A DNA stretch of 62,406 bases, the filler included, from Stramenopiles sp. TOSAG23-2 (taxonomy: Eukaryota), in assembly GCA_900128395.1 (NCBI GenBank). It is 7 parts of 7 records of this genome, joined end to end, with 100 filler letters (N's around TTAATTAATTAA, not from the genome) between each part and the next. Parts side by side here need not be neighbours in the genome. Positions count along the whole stretch, not along the records: positions 1 to 27,015 come from LT649423.1; 6 more parts are not named here. One strand, given 5' to 3'. The notes below the pieces were generated by a model. It did not search any database. It saw only the letters and a list, made by a program, of their open reading frames with translations, and was not told the DNA's origin. Each line of letters starts with the position of its first letter. Position 1 is the stretch's first letter. The position numbers and the translations under genes were made by a program. Shown in pieces: positions 1 through 11,168 of the stretch.

Positions 1-1
1 A

Positions 2-535
2 ACACCTATTGTATGTGCATGTGAACACGGACGTATGGATGATGTCGAATTATTTATGAATCTTCATCCTTTTCACAAGTATATTACTAATTGTGATGTG
101 AATGGCTACAGAGATGATATGACAGTGAAAGATATGGTGAGTCAAGTCGGTAGAAGTAGTAGTGGTGGTGAATGTACACCTTTAATGGCAGCTGCAGCGT
201 ACGAACATTTCCAAGTAGTTCAATATTTGATTGAACAAGGTGAAGCTGATCCTAATATTACAAGTAGGTATGAAGAGAATGCATTACATCCTGCAGCATG
301 TCATAACAGAAAGAATACTGAGTTGATTGAATTGTTATTAACTCATATGTCTCTTGATAGCATTAATAAGAAGGACAGGGAGGGAGACACTCCCCTGGAT
401 GGGGCATATGCATATAATCGTAGTCCAATTCAACAAGAGATCATTGCACTTTTACGTTCAAAAGGTGGAAAAGCAAATAATTTTGATGAAAATGGTAGAC
501 ATGTAGGATATAATAATGGTGATTTAAATCATTAA
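2..535 (+). CDS. Ankyrin-repeat protein (5' truncated at window edge)
   Basis: Ankyrin motifs TPLMAAA, NALHPAA, DTPLDGA. The frame is open upstream of ATG 35 (TPIVCACEHGR-M) to the window start. Confidence 0.9.
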   Translation, partial: TPIVCACEHGRMDDVELFMNLHPFHKYITNCDVNGYRDDMTVKDMVSQVGRSSSGGECTPLMAAAAYEHFQVVQYLIEQGEADPNITSRYEENALHPAACHNRKNTELIELLLTHMSLDSINKKDREGDTPLDGAYAYNRSPIQQEIIALLRSKGGKANNFDENGRHVGYNNGDLNH

Positions 536-1116
536 TTTCTTTTCACTCACATAAAATCACATTTCAAATTAAAGATATTAAATATAAATTAAAAAACACC
601 CATTTTGTAAAAAAAACACTATTTTTTTCTTAATTTATGCAGAATATAAAGGCACTCTTTCTCTCATCGACATCAAGCATTCACTACACACCCACCTAAA
701 CGAGTTTTTAACTTTGAGAGAAAGTCCATGACGATAACGTGTTTTAAAAATATATAAAAAATATTAAAAAATCAAAAATGCATTTTCTAAATTACAAAAA
801 CTTAAAATAAATTTTACACCACGCGCACACACATGTTTAAAACGAATTCACATTGGATGTGTCCAATATATAATTCTCATTATGTATACTTGTTTCCATG
901 CACACCTTTCCCCTTTTTTCATACTCGTATTATTAAACGCTACGAACACAAAACTGATGCCTCCTCTATCCCACGTGTTGTCCAAAAAACCATCTTTTAT
1001 TCCAGCTATTTAAATACATTTATCAAACACATTTTTATTTATAAAAAACTAACTACTACTAACATATATCTTTGCATGTATTATTCACAAACTATAAAAA
1101 AATAAAACATACAAAT

Positions 1117-1530
1117 TTAATTGAATTGTGCTTCGTATTTAGCTGCATTACCTGGTGTTTTCATCCATTCTTCAAACTCGTCACATGATTTGTTGAATAC
1201 TTCTTCGTTACCTGGTTGTGCAATAAAATCATCAAATTTATCTGAAAACATGGATGGTACCATATCAACTGGACCGGAATCACCTGCAACCACCGTTGCT
1301 GGTTCTTCTTCTTTACTACTACCAGTCATTTTAGAGATCAATACACACGTTGCAATAAGTCCAATATATGCTGCTACGATTTGTTCATCTTTTGGCAAAT
1401 ATTGACGTACTACAGCTTCTGCACCTTCATATGTAACATTTGCATCTGAACCAAAATTTCTTCTTGCAACACGTTGTGTTGGTTGTGTTCTAACACTTTT
1501 TTTCACAGCAGTTTGCATTAAACGAAACAT
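1117..1530 (-). CDS. Small putative mitochondrial single-pass membrane protein
   Basis: Arg/Lys-rich, acid-free N-terminus ending RRNF-GS (presequence-like) and one hydrophobic segment IVAAYIGLIATCVLI. Family not recognised. Confidence 0.7.
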   Translation of the reverse strand: MFRLMQTAVKKSVRTQPTQRVARRNFGSDANVTYEGAEAVVRQYLPKDEQIVAAYIGLIATCVLISKMTGSSKEEEPATVVAGDSGPVDMVPSMFSDKFDDFIAQPGNEEVFNKSCDEFEEWMKTPGNAAKYEAQFN

Positions 1531-2126
1531 CTTCTTCTTTTTTTTTCTCTTTATATTTATTTTTCTTTCTTACTATATACGAATAATGTATTGATAATAT
1601 GTTTTTCCACACAAAGATATATCTATCTGTCTGTACAATTATCTATCTACGAAGTATTACATTTCTATTAACTAAACATATATATATATTCATTCATTTT
1701 CTATTAATAATTAACAACAAATATATTTATAAATATTATATTTTTGATCTATTTATCCATTAGTAAATCATAAAATTGGAAGAATGGTATAGAATACACA
1801 ATTTATTGTTTTCTATTAGCAATAGTATTTTACAGTAATGATGGAGGTATATAGGGTAATAATAATAAGTACATTTATTGTATTCTATTGTTTTTTTATG
1901 GATGACGATATAATATTAGAATAGTAATAAGTGTAAAATTATATAATGATATAATTAATAATGTACATTGGTGAATAAATATCCATTTTCATTTTCATAT
2001 TCAAAAGGGAGGAAAGAATATCTATTGTATTTAGCATAAAACTGTGTGGCCTGGTTTCCGCGTAATGGTGTGGCCTCGTTAAATCACAAATGGGTCGATT
2101 GGGATCCAACCACCCACGAATGATTT

Positions 2127-2332
2127 CTACCTATCAAAGGACCGATAATTTATACTTGAATGGCGAAATTAGAATATCAATCCTCACATCAATTCGGTTT
2201 CTGCCTATCAAATGACCAAAATTTATACTTGAATGGCGAAATTAGAATATCAAAAACTTCAAAGGGAAATTAGAATATCAGAAATCTTCACCATCATCGA
2301 TTTCACCTTAAAGGGAAATTAGAAAATCAAAA
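2127..2332. repeat. Imperfect local direct repeats
   Basis: Two ~55-nt copies of CT(A/G)CCTATCAAA..AATTTATACTTGAATGGCGAAATTAGAATATCAA plus two shorter AAAGGGAAATTAGAA(T/A)ATCA copies. Confidence 0.7.
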
Positions 2333-2480
2333 AATCAGAAAAATCAGAGAGTCTCTCTGGAAAAATATCGAATGACACATAATTTAAAAAAATAATTTGA
2401 AGATAGATTTCGATTTATATAAAATATTGAAAAAATACAACTAGGTAAATACTACTACTGGAGAGATTTTAAATATTATA

Positions 2481-5400
2481 TCACACAACATGCCTTTTAC
2501 TTGCTCTTTTACTCCAATTTGTAAGAATGTTTCGTACAAGAGATAAACGTGGTCGATCTTCCATTTTTTGTGACCAACATAAATTGACAAGGTCAACATA
2601 TCCAAGTCCTGTTTTTTTGTCATAAAAATGAAAATTTTTCAATGATTCCATATCTTTCAACGTAATCTCAGGTCGTAAACTATCATTCACAACAGCACGA
2701 TTGATCATATTCACTGGCTCGCCTTCAAATGGCATTTTATTTGTAAGCAAGGCCCATAATAAAACACCTATGGAGAAAACATCGCCAGCTTCTGAATATT
2801 GTTCTAACATTAACATTTCAGGCGGTAACCATCCCGCAAAGTTAGATTCATCACCAAGAACTTCAGCTTTATTACTTTTAACGATATTTTTATGAATCCC
2901 AGATAATTTTACCTTTATTTCTTGTGCATTTTTTTCCTTTGGTTGAAATAAACAAAACATTTCACTAGCAGATAAATGTCCATGGAAAACATTTCGTTCG
3001 TGTAAATATTCAAGAACATTGCATAATTTAGTAAGAATCTGTAGTTTTCTATTCCATCCTAATGATGGACCTTTATTTAGTATTAAACTCTTTAAAGTTT
3101 CGTACTCTTGTTCTTTTACTTGCTTGAACAATAAAAAACTTTTTGAATTATTAATCTTTACCGGATTCCATGTACAACCAATACATTCTAATAAATTTAC
3201 ATGTTTATAAGAAAATAAATTTGAAATTTCTTCAAGTATTTTTCGTTCACTACGTTGAATATTTTTTAGTTTCTTTCCACGTCGAAATTTCAACTTTAAA
3301 GCATAAATTGTCGTTTCTGTTGATATCACTTTGCCACAAATATATGACTCATGCAATATACTTTTATCCATTGGAGAATCAAAAAGCTGAATGTTGCTAG
3401 TATCTACAAACCAATCATGTTTAGTTGCATCTAACGTATTATCATTGGTCGCTGATGATGCTGTCTTTTTTACACCTGTTGTGCCCATTGCTGCTGGGTT
3501 GTTTTTCCATTCGTTTAAACTTAACCCAACTTCCGGGCCACTATATTCAACTTCATATTTAAGTTTTGTACATGCCGTTGATGCAGAACATCGTTCTTTT
3601 ACATCACCATTCCAGCAAGATTCTGTGATTTTTTGCATACCTTCCGCTTCCGCTTCACTCATTCCAGTCCCATCAAACACCCATGTTGGGCGTAAATTTT
3701 GTTTTGCAACATGTAAACTTTGTTGATATGCATTCAGATCGCTATCAAAATATGGTTCCTTTCTCGTTGCGATTTCGTATAATATAAGCGAGAAAGCAAA
3801 AATATCACCAGCAGTAGTGTAATCTCCGCCTAATGTAACTTCTGGAGGTTGATAAAGAAGTGTACCTTTCGGCCCTTTGAGACCAGGAGCTAAATTTTTT
3901 GTATCGCCTTGTCCATCATCAATTGCGACATTGTTCCGTAGCGCTGATAACCCATTTAGAGAGCCCGAAAATGAGCTATTAGAAGCACCACCTTCACTAT
4001 CATCTTTCTCAAATTCACTTAAACCAAAATCACTAATTTTACAAACCCAATGCTCATCAACAAGGATATTCTCACTTTTCATATCACAATGTGTCATTCC
4101 TTTTGAGTGCAAATATTCAAGACCAAGAGCAATATTAAATGCAAAGTCCCATAGTCTATTTGCATTTAAACGAATGGTAGGATCTTGTAAAATACCGCTA
4201 AGAGTTCCTCGTTCCATATAATCTACAACAAGAGAACTTTGTTCTAAAATGGCACCAATGAATTGGACTAAATGTTTATGACGTAAATCAACTAGACTCA
4301 CTAATTCTGCTACAAAGTCTGCATTTGAAAGTGCAGCTTTTGAAAATTTCTTTATAGCAACTTTGGTGTTTCCATATGTACCCAACCAAACTGTTCCATA
4401 GGCACCTGTTCCAATACTTTTCACAATCACCACTTCATTGGAATTGATGGTCCATGCATCTGATTTTGCAGATACAATTCGTTTGATGCTTTTGTAATAA
4501 TTTGTATTTGTACAAGTTTCCAATATTTTAATTACAATATTTGTAAATCTTGGGTTGAAAAAAAAAGCCCACAATACAAAGGCGGTCCACCATCTGCAAA
4601 ATGCACCAATGAGGACATTAATGGTTCCATCATTGTTTATTGTCGTGCTGTGGAGCGTAGCGTATGAATGAGTGATGTGTTAGAGACAATGCCCTTTTTA
4701 TTAGGTTTAGGATAATATAGAAGTTACTTACATTCTTAAATATAAAATTGTTGGTATTATTTGACATATTGTGCCATTGTAAACGGCTAATGAGATTGAA
4801 TGACTATCTTGAAAAATACTTTCAACATATGTATTTTGAATCGATAATAAAACTGCATATAAAATAATAGAAAATTCTATGAATGAAATGATAGGTATAT
4901 ATGTCAAAGCCGTATTTACTGGGCATACGTTGTGGACATAAAACAATGGAGCAATATTAGGCTTTACATTTGGATTTGAATATAATGGTTCAGGCCCTCG
5001 TATTTCTACATCTACGATTGCCCAAATTATTAAATAGACAATTACAAAAGCAAAGACGGCCAATGTTGTCATAATCATTTTCCTAGATTCACCTGGAAGA
5101 TATGTTTTTACTTTTTTACTTGAAAAAATGGCTGTCATTGATCTTAATCTACATACTAAAGGAATAATAGTAAATACTGTTGAAAAATATCGAAATGCAA
5201 ACTCTAAAGTGCAATGTATATTATTACCAGATTCTACATTTGGCTCCGCAGTAGTCAATATGACTTCAATGTTGACGCAAATTATACCAAAATACAATAC
5301 GTTTTCATAATTTCGTTGTTGAATATCCTTATCATTCAACTTTTGTTTTTTGAAATATGGAATGATATATGTCCCAATTATGGCACACGTACAATAAACG

Positions 5401-7259
5401 GCATGGGCGATAGCAATTACATGAAGAATTGAAAAAAATATTGGTATAGCATCATAGATTTTACTTCTATCATTTAATGATAGAACGTTTGGACAAAGGT
5501 ATCCTTCATGTACAGCACTTTTCCAATTGCGCCTCATTTCGCTTCGGTTTTCCGATATTACACTACAAAGTGCATGATTCATAGCAACACTTTCTATTTG
5601 TTTCCACCGTTGCTTGTAATTATTTTTTATAGTGTAATAGATTTTAAAAACCTTTTGCAAATTATCATCTTCAAATTGGTAATCTTTTAAAAAGGTGTAA
5701 ATTGGAGATGGAACATGTTTCTCATTAAAAAGTCTATCGTTTATCCTTTTTGCTTGCTTTTGTAATGATACAGATAGTGTTTTGTGAAGTGCTTGAGGTT
5801 TATCATCACAGTTTGCTTTTGAAAAATTTCGATAAACATCAGGATGTTCATTTTTGCATATATCTTTAAATATTTCTCTACGCGTTAGACGGCATTCTTT
5901 AGTAGATGTAGGAAACAAAACATCAAACATTTCAAATTCTGTTTCTGCATATTCATAAAATAAAACATCTGGTTTCCACCACCACATAAGAACCATTTCT
6001 TTCCGGTCTTTTGCTGCAGCCCATATTTCAGCAACGTTAGAAATAGTATAACCTCCCCGTTGTTTTGGTCCATGAAAACTAAGACTGACATTATTTAGCG
6101 GTATCATAAATTTTGAAAAATCTCCCCAATCGCATTTTTCTAATATTATTGCTGACCCAATGCAAGTTGATGGATTTAACGTGCAATTATTAATACCATT
6201 TCCATCAAAATAGCCATGAAACACTATTGTATCATTATTTGAGAATCGATGAAAATATTTATCTCCTAAATTTGTATTTAATGGTGGACATAATGATGAT
6301 TTTATTGATTCTAAAGGATAAAAACGATTGCAATATTCAGTCCAATTTACCGGCCTTTTAAATAATCGTGCCATTTTCTCTCGGTCTTGAAAACCACGAT
6401 AAGTAGCAAGTGAATGATCTGTATCCACTGCCCATTTAGGTACCATTAAGGCTATCCGTCCTATGAAACCTATTAAACCACCTCTCTCTATTGTACGATT
6501 TAAAGCCATTTTTTCAACCCGTTTAGCAACTGATTCCCAATATTCAAATTGCACATGCGCACATGGTTTTGTCGGATCAGTGCATTTGCAAGTTAAATTA
6601 AGGCGATTTGTTCCAGCTATATATGCGTTATTGATGCACCCACCATTTTTTATTGCATCTAAATCATATGCTGAAACTTTTTCTCTTGTATAAAGTGGAG
6701 TTTCTATATGCTCTTCATAAAATCCTTTTGAAACAGATTTATCGTAGCGATATAATACAGGGTATTTCATATACTCTACCATAAAAATCTGAGCCGCGTT
6801 AGACACAAGGTTTGCACTAAGCCAATTTTGGGGGGCAATATAAATTTCTTGACCTCGAAATAGCTCTCCAACTGGCGACGTATCACATCGTTTTAATTTT
6901 CGGTCAGAATCATCTATGCAAATACGATTTGTATAGTCATAATTCGTACATTCTTCCATAGGAAAAACACCAATATCTAATTTATTTATTAAATCACGGA
7001 AACATCCGTCTCTATATGGATTTAGACATTTTCTCACGGACAAGTCGCATTTTGGTGGCAGTGGAATTGCATCCCCACAGTCAGCACAATCAAAATTTAT
7101 TATACAATCACTGTCTTTCTCACAAGGGCATAATACTCCACTATTTGTTGATGATGGCAAACACGCAATAATAGGTTGAACTATACAACTAAATTTAAAT
7201 AGAAGAAGTAATGAAGAGAAAATCAATAATGAAATATTTTTAGTATGGCAAAAAAGCAT
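2481..7259 (-). CDS. Receptor kinase: signal peptide + PBP2-like ectodomain + class C GPCR-like 7TM + TKL kinase + pseudokinase; join(7259..4732,4647..2481), ~1564 aa
   Basis: A GT-AG intron at 4731..4648 joins the 843-aa and 697-aa ORFs in frame (LYLRI-TTINNDGTINVLIGAFCRWWTAFVLWAFFFNP). Kinase 1 has GTGAYG, VAIK, HCDMKSEN and DFG. Kinase 2 is degenerate (HGHLSASE, KLSG). 7tm_3-like motifs include FQDSHSISLAVYN and Cys residues at the TM3 start and in ECL2. Confidence 0.88.
4648..4731 (-). mobile_element. Spliceosomal intron, candidate introner-like element copy A (84 nt)
   Basis: GTAAGT...CTAAC...CACAG; removal restores the frame. Homologous to the intron at 60190-60287. Confidence 0.75.
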
Positions 7260-8136
7260 TCTCTCGCTCTCTCTCTCTCCCTGCCTGCTTTTATGATTTA
7301 TGATGTGTATTTTATCTTTTTATAGTTATATATACATATATAGATAATAATAATGGGAGATCAACTATTTATATATATATATATGTTTTCAATTATCTAT
7401 ATCTAAAAAAAACTTTATTGAATTTATGTATTGCAACTATTGGCTATATTGGCAACATTGTACCTTGCCAGGCTTGCCAGCTTGAGCACGTGCTTGATGA
7501 TGAAGAATTAGAATGGTGGTGGCGTGGTGGTAGAGTGCCCAGGGAGTGCTAGATCTAGTGTGGTAGCTATAGATAGTCGTATATGCGAATAGCATGCAGT
7601 AGCTAGCGGGGTTTCCTGTGAGTAGCCGCCTATAGATAGTATAGTCGGAGTGCTGGAGTGCCTCGCCGCTATGCAGTAGTAGTGGCTTTTTGGTATATTT
7701 CAGGAAAAAGGCACTCAACCAATACCTAATAACTATAACACTACTATTTTCGACTCCTATCAACCATAATATCGTGACATCGTATATCCTATGTAATTTC
7801 TGTAGTCGTCTACTATAGATAGATAGATAGAGCTAGCTCTATAGCGTATCATCGAGAAGTGATGCACCTTTCTGATCAACAAACAGCATAAACTGGCATA
7901 TAGCATATATAGTAATAGGTAATAGAGCAGAAGATTAAGATGATAGCAGTTACTGTAGTAGCAGTTGCCATACTCATATATGGCATACATATATTCTATT
8001 TATACATTTTTACATTTAAAAGTGCAAAAGTAAACAAGTTAATAAAAGGATAATATTTTGTGGATATGGACAATAGAGATTTTCCTTGCCAGTTTTGCCA
8101 GCTTGCCTGTACATATATCTTATAATATCCCCTACG

Positions 8137-9153
8137 ATGTCTGGAAATCGTATAAGTTACCCACCAACACAAGAAGAGTTTGAAGCAATGTTGCAGAAAA
8201 TACAATTATTAGAAGAAAAAGAACTTCAAGTTAATCTGTCTTTAGATGAAAATACTCAATCAACTAACAAAGATACTAAAGTCTTTGTAAAATCAATCGA
8301 ATTGGGATCACTACCTAAACCTGAAAGAGCTAGGAATAGGCGTGCAATCAATAGGAATTCGTGGGTTGACGCGTATCATGATATCACAGCAAGGAAACAA
8401 AACACAGTAATATTAGGAGAGGAAATTTCCATCGACGATTTTCTCGATTGGAGAGTTAAATGGAGTCAACGTGGTATGTTACTATTTGGATTTTTGTCAA
8501 TGATCACGTTTCTAATCAATGGCCTATTCCTGAATAGTGTTTTCGGCGGTTATACACTTATTTGCTTTGGTACAGCTACGATTCTCTGTGTTTGCATATT
8601 TTGTTACAAAAATTTTTCTCTATTTTTAATAAAACGTTTACTAAAAGAACCAAACGTTGTTTGTATTATTTTGCTTGCAGTTTTAAATTTTATCATCGAA
8701 ATTAGGTCAACATGGTCAGAAGTTGCATGGGTCTATGGTTTGCTGTACATGCTTGTTGCTTTCGCATTTATAAGTATGGATGCTGTTAAATTAAGATGCA
8801 GAGTTACTGTACTTTGTTTTGGTAATATTTTCATTATTATAAATGCATTTAATATTTATAATTGTATATTCGGTGAATCTGCCGTTGGTGTGGTACTTTT
8901 TAAATACACAGTTTATGGAAAAGAGTATTCATTCATGAGACGTGCAACTCAAAGATCTATTTTCATCCAAATTGCTTTATTCAGTATTAGTGCGGTATAT
9001 ACATTGTTTCATGATAAAAAAATGGAATTGATGCTATTTCTAACAAGCAATGTATACCGTAAAAGTGGTACTGTATTAGAAGAAATGATGTCAATTTCAT
9101 TCAAAAAACGAGAAGAAAAAAAAAAACCATCATCAAGTAGTAGAGCACACTAG
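8137..9153 (+). CDS. Hypothetical multi-pass membrane protein
   Basis: Open frame from ATG 8137 with about six hydrophobic segments and polar termini. No family recognised. Confidence 0.75.
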   Translation: MSGNRISYPPTQEEFEAMLQKIQLLEEKELQVNLSLDENTQSTNKDTKVFVKSIELGSLPKPERARNRRAINRNSWVDAYHDITARKQNTVILGEEISIDDFLDWRVKWSQRGMLLFGFLSMITFLINGLFLNSVFGGYTLICFGTATILCVCIFCYKNFSLFLIKRLLKEPNVVCIILLAVLNFIIEIRSTWSEVAWVYGLLYMLVAFAFISMDAVKLRCRVTVLCFGNIFIIINAFNIYNCIFGESAVGVVLFKYTVYGKEYSFMRRATQRSIFIQIALFSISAVYTLFHDKKMELMLFLTSNVYRKSGTVLEEMMSISFKKREEKKKPSSSSRAH

Positions 9154-10531
9154 AACAAATAAAACTCGAGAAGACACAAACATATTTTGATAAAATATAC
9201 TTTTTAATTATGCAAGATAGAAGCAAACCATTACGAATTTGCGATTTTGTGTTTCAGTAGGGTTACTGCTTGGTATTTTTTCGTTTTATATCTCAATGGG
9301 CTCCAGTAAAGGTATTGGCCAAGGAGGTTGTAGAGCCATTGAAAATATAATATACAAAAGTACAAAAACATTATATTTCTATGGAGCATCAATACAAAAG
9401 ATATTGATATTTTTTTTTCAGGTTTCAAATCCGATTACTATTACGCTAGTCACAATTGTTATGTGTATAGGACTACATAATGCAATGCAGTATATATATC
9501 ACTGCTGCTGCAATCTTTCTTGTTGCGCCAGAGCTGAACCGCTCAATGGCAAAGTCGTGTTGCTCAAAAAGAAAAGCGACTAACCCTTATTTAATAGTTT
9601 TATTTTTGTACGTGAAAATAAGCGAGAAACTGCGAATGAATGCAAAGCAGAAAAATGCCTTTTCGACAGCGATGGTAGGCATAGTGTTTAATGATCATAT
9701 ATCAAATAAGCATGGTTAGAGTGTATATATCTAATAATCATAAGTTGGTAAAAAGACATTGCAAACGAGATGAGGGCATGTATACTTGAAAGATTGCAAA
9801 TGTATATGAAAATATATTTTGAATAAACAAAAATAAAAGATATGGATTAAATATATAAAATAGAAAAAAGTAATTAAAGAAGAGACCAACTTACAAAAAA
9901 AAGAATACGACATATTTATATATATATATAAACATATTTACCATACAATGCTACAATTTTTTTATTTTACTGTTTTGACTCTTATCTTGATTTGTGATAA
10001 AAGATACGCGTGGCGTGCAAAAATCACATTCAAAAAAATATCCCAAAAAAAAAATTGTTGTCCAAATCAAATGTTTTTCGTCGACAATCGACAATAAATA
10101 TTTTCCTTCACCTGAAAAAATCTTGTTTTTAGTGCTATGTAGTGCTAAAATTTATCTGCCAGGTAAATAGCACTATATTATAAAAACCTTACTCTGTCGA
10201 TCGATGGACACATCTAATTATTTCAAATTATGAATAATAAAATGCAAAACGGAAGAAGAAAATGCATTGAAATTTAATGAATTGTGCAATTTAATAAAAT
10301 ACAATATATTTTATTTATAATAAAGAAGAGTAAAGAGAATAGTAATATATACAATTGTCACATTGTGTAACACATCTTAGATCGATACTGACATTTTTTT
10401 ATAGATCGTCATATTGTTGTTGTTTCTGTAATCAACCATAATACACTGGAATTTGTATATCGTTGTCGCAGTAAAAGAAATAATTTTAAAGTAATAAAAA
10501 TACTAAAATAATATTATATATCTCGTTAAAA

Positions 10532-10687
10532 ATGAAATATAATAATCATAATGTCATCATATATCTAATAATATTCGTTATTATGAATGGTGTAAAAGCT
10601 CAAGGTATGAAAAAGAAAATTTTATGCCTTCATGGTGGAGGGAGTAGTGGACCAGCATTTCAATCACAAACTATAGCACTTACTACG
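10532..10687 (+). pseudogene. Orphan first exon of an FSH1-like serine hydrolase with signal peptide
   Basis: KKILCLHGGGSSGPAFQSQT matches the FSH1/OVCA2 N-terminus. GTAATG donor at 10688, but no downstream exon is visible before the next gene. Confidence 0.55.
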
Positions 10688-10878
10688 GTAATGTTTTTTT
10701 TTTGTGCATATTATATTAATATTATAATATTGATTGATTGACGAAAGAATGAATTTTACCATTACAAAAATACACATATTACCATAGTAACAAAAAAGAA
10801 AGTATTATAAAACGTTGAGAGATATAATAGTACAATATTATAAAAAACATATATATATATAATAACAATTACAAGAAA

Positions 10879-10910
<32 letters not shown>

Positions 10911-11107
10911 TAAAATTTTCGTTCTTGATATATATAAAAATATATATTATTATATATATAAATAATATTTGAATTATTTTAATTATTATTTATAAATATA
11001 AATAAGTTTTAGTCAATATATAATATATAAATAATAATAATAATCTAACTTATTATATTATTATTTACCACCTAACTATATATATATATATATTTATACC
11101 AACATAA

Positions 11108-11138
<31 letters not shown>

Positions 11139-11168
11139 TAGACGAACAATATCAAAACAACATAGTAT

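Noticed and set aside
2044-2118. GC-richer ~75-nt stretch as a tRNA
   Set aside because: No acceptor stem, T-loop (TTCRA) or cloverleaf could be built on either strand.
9231-9913. Short overlapping ORFs downstream of the membrane-protein gene
   Set aside because: No recognisable motifs or consistent splice pattern; cannot be supported.
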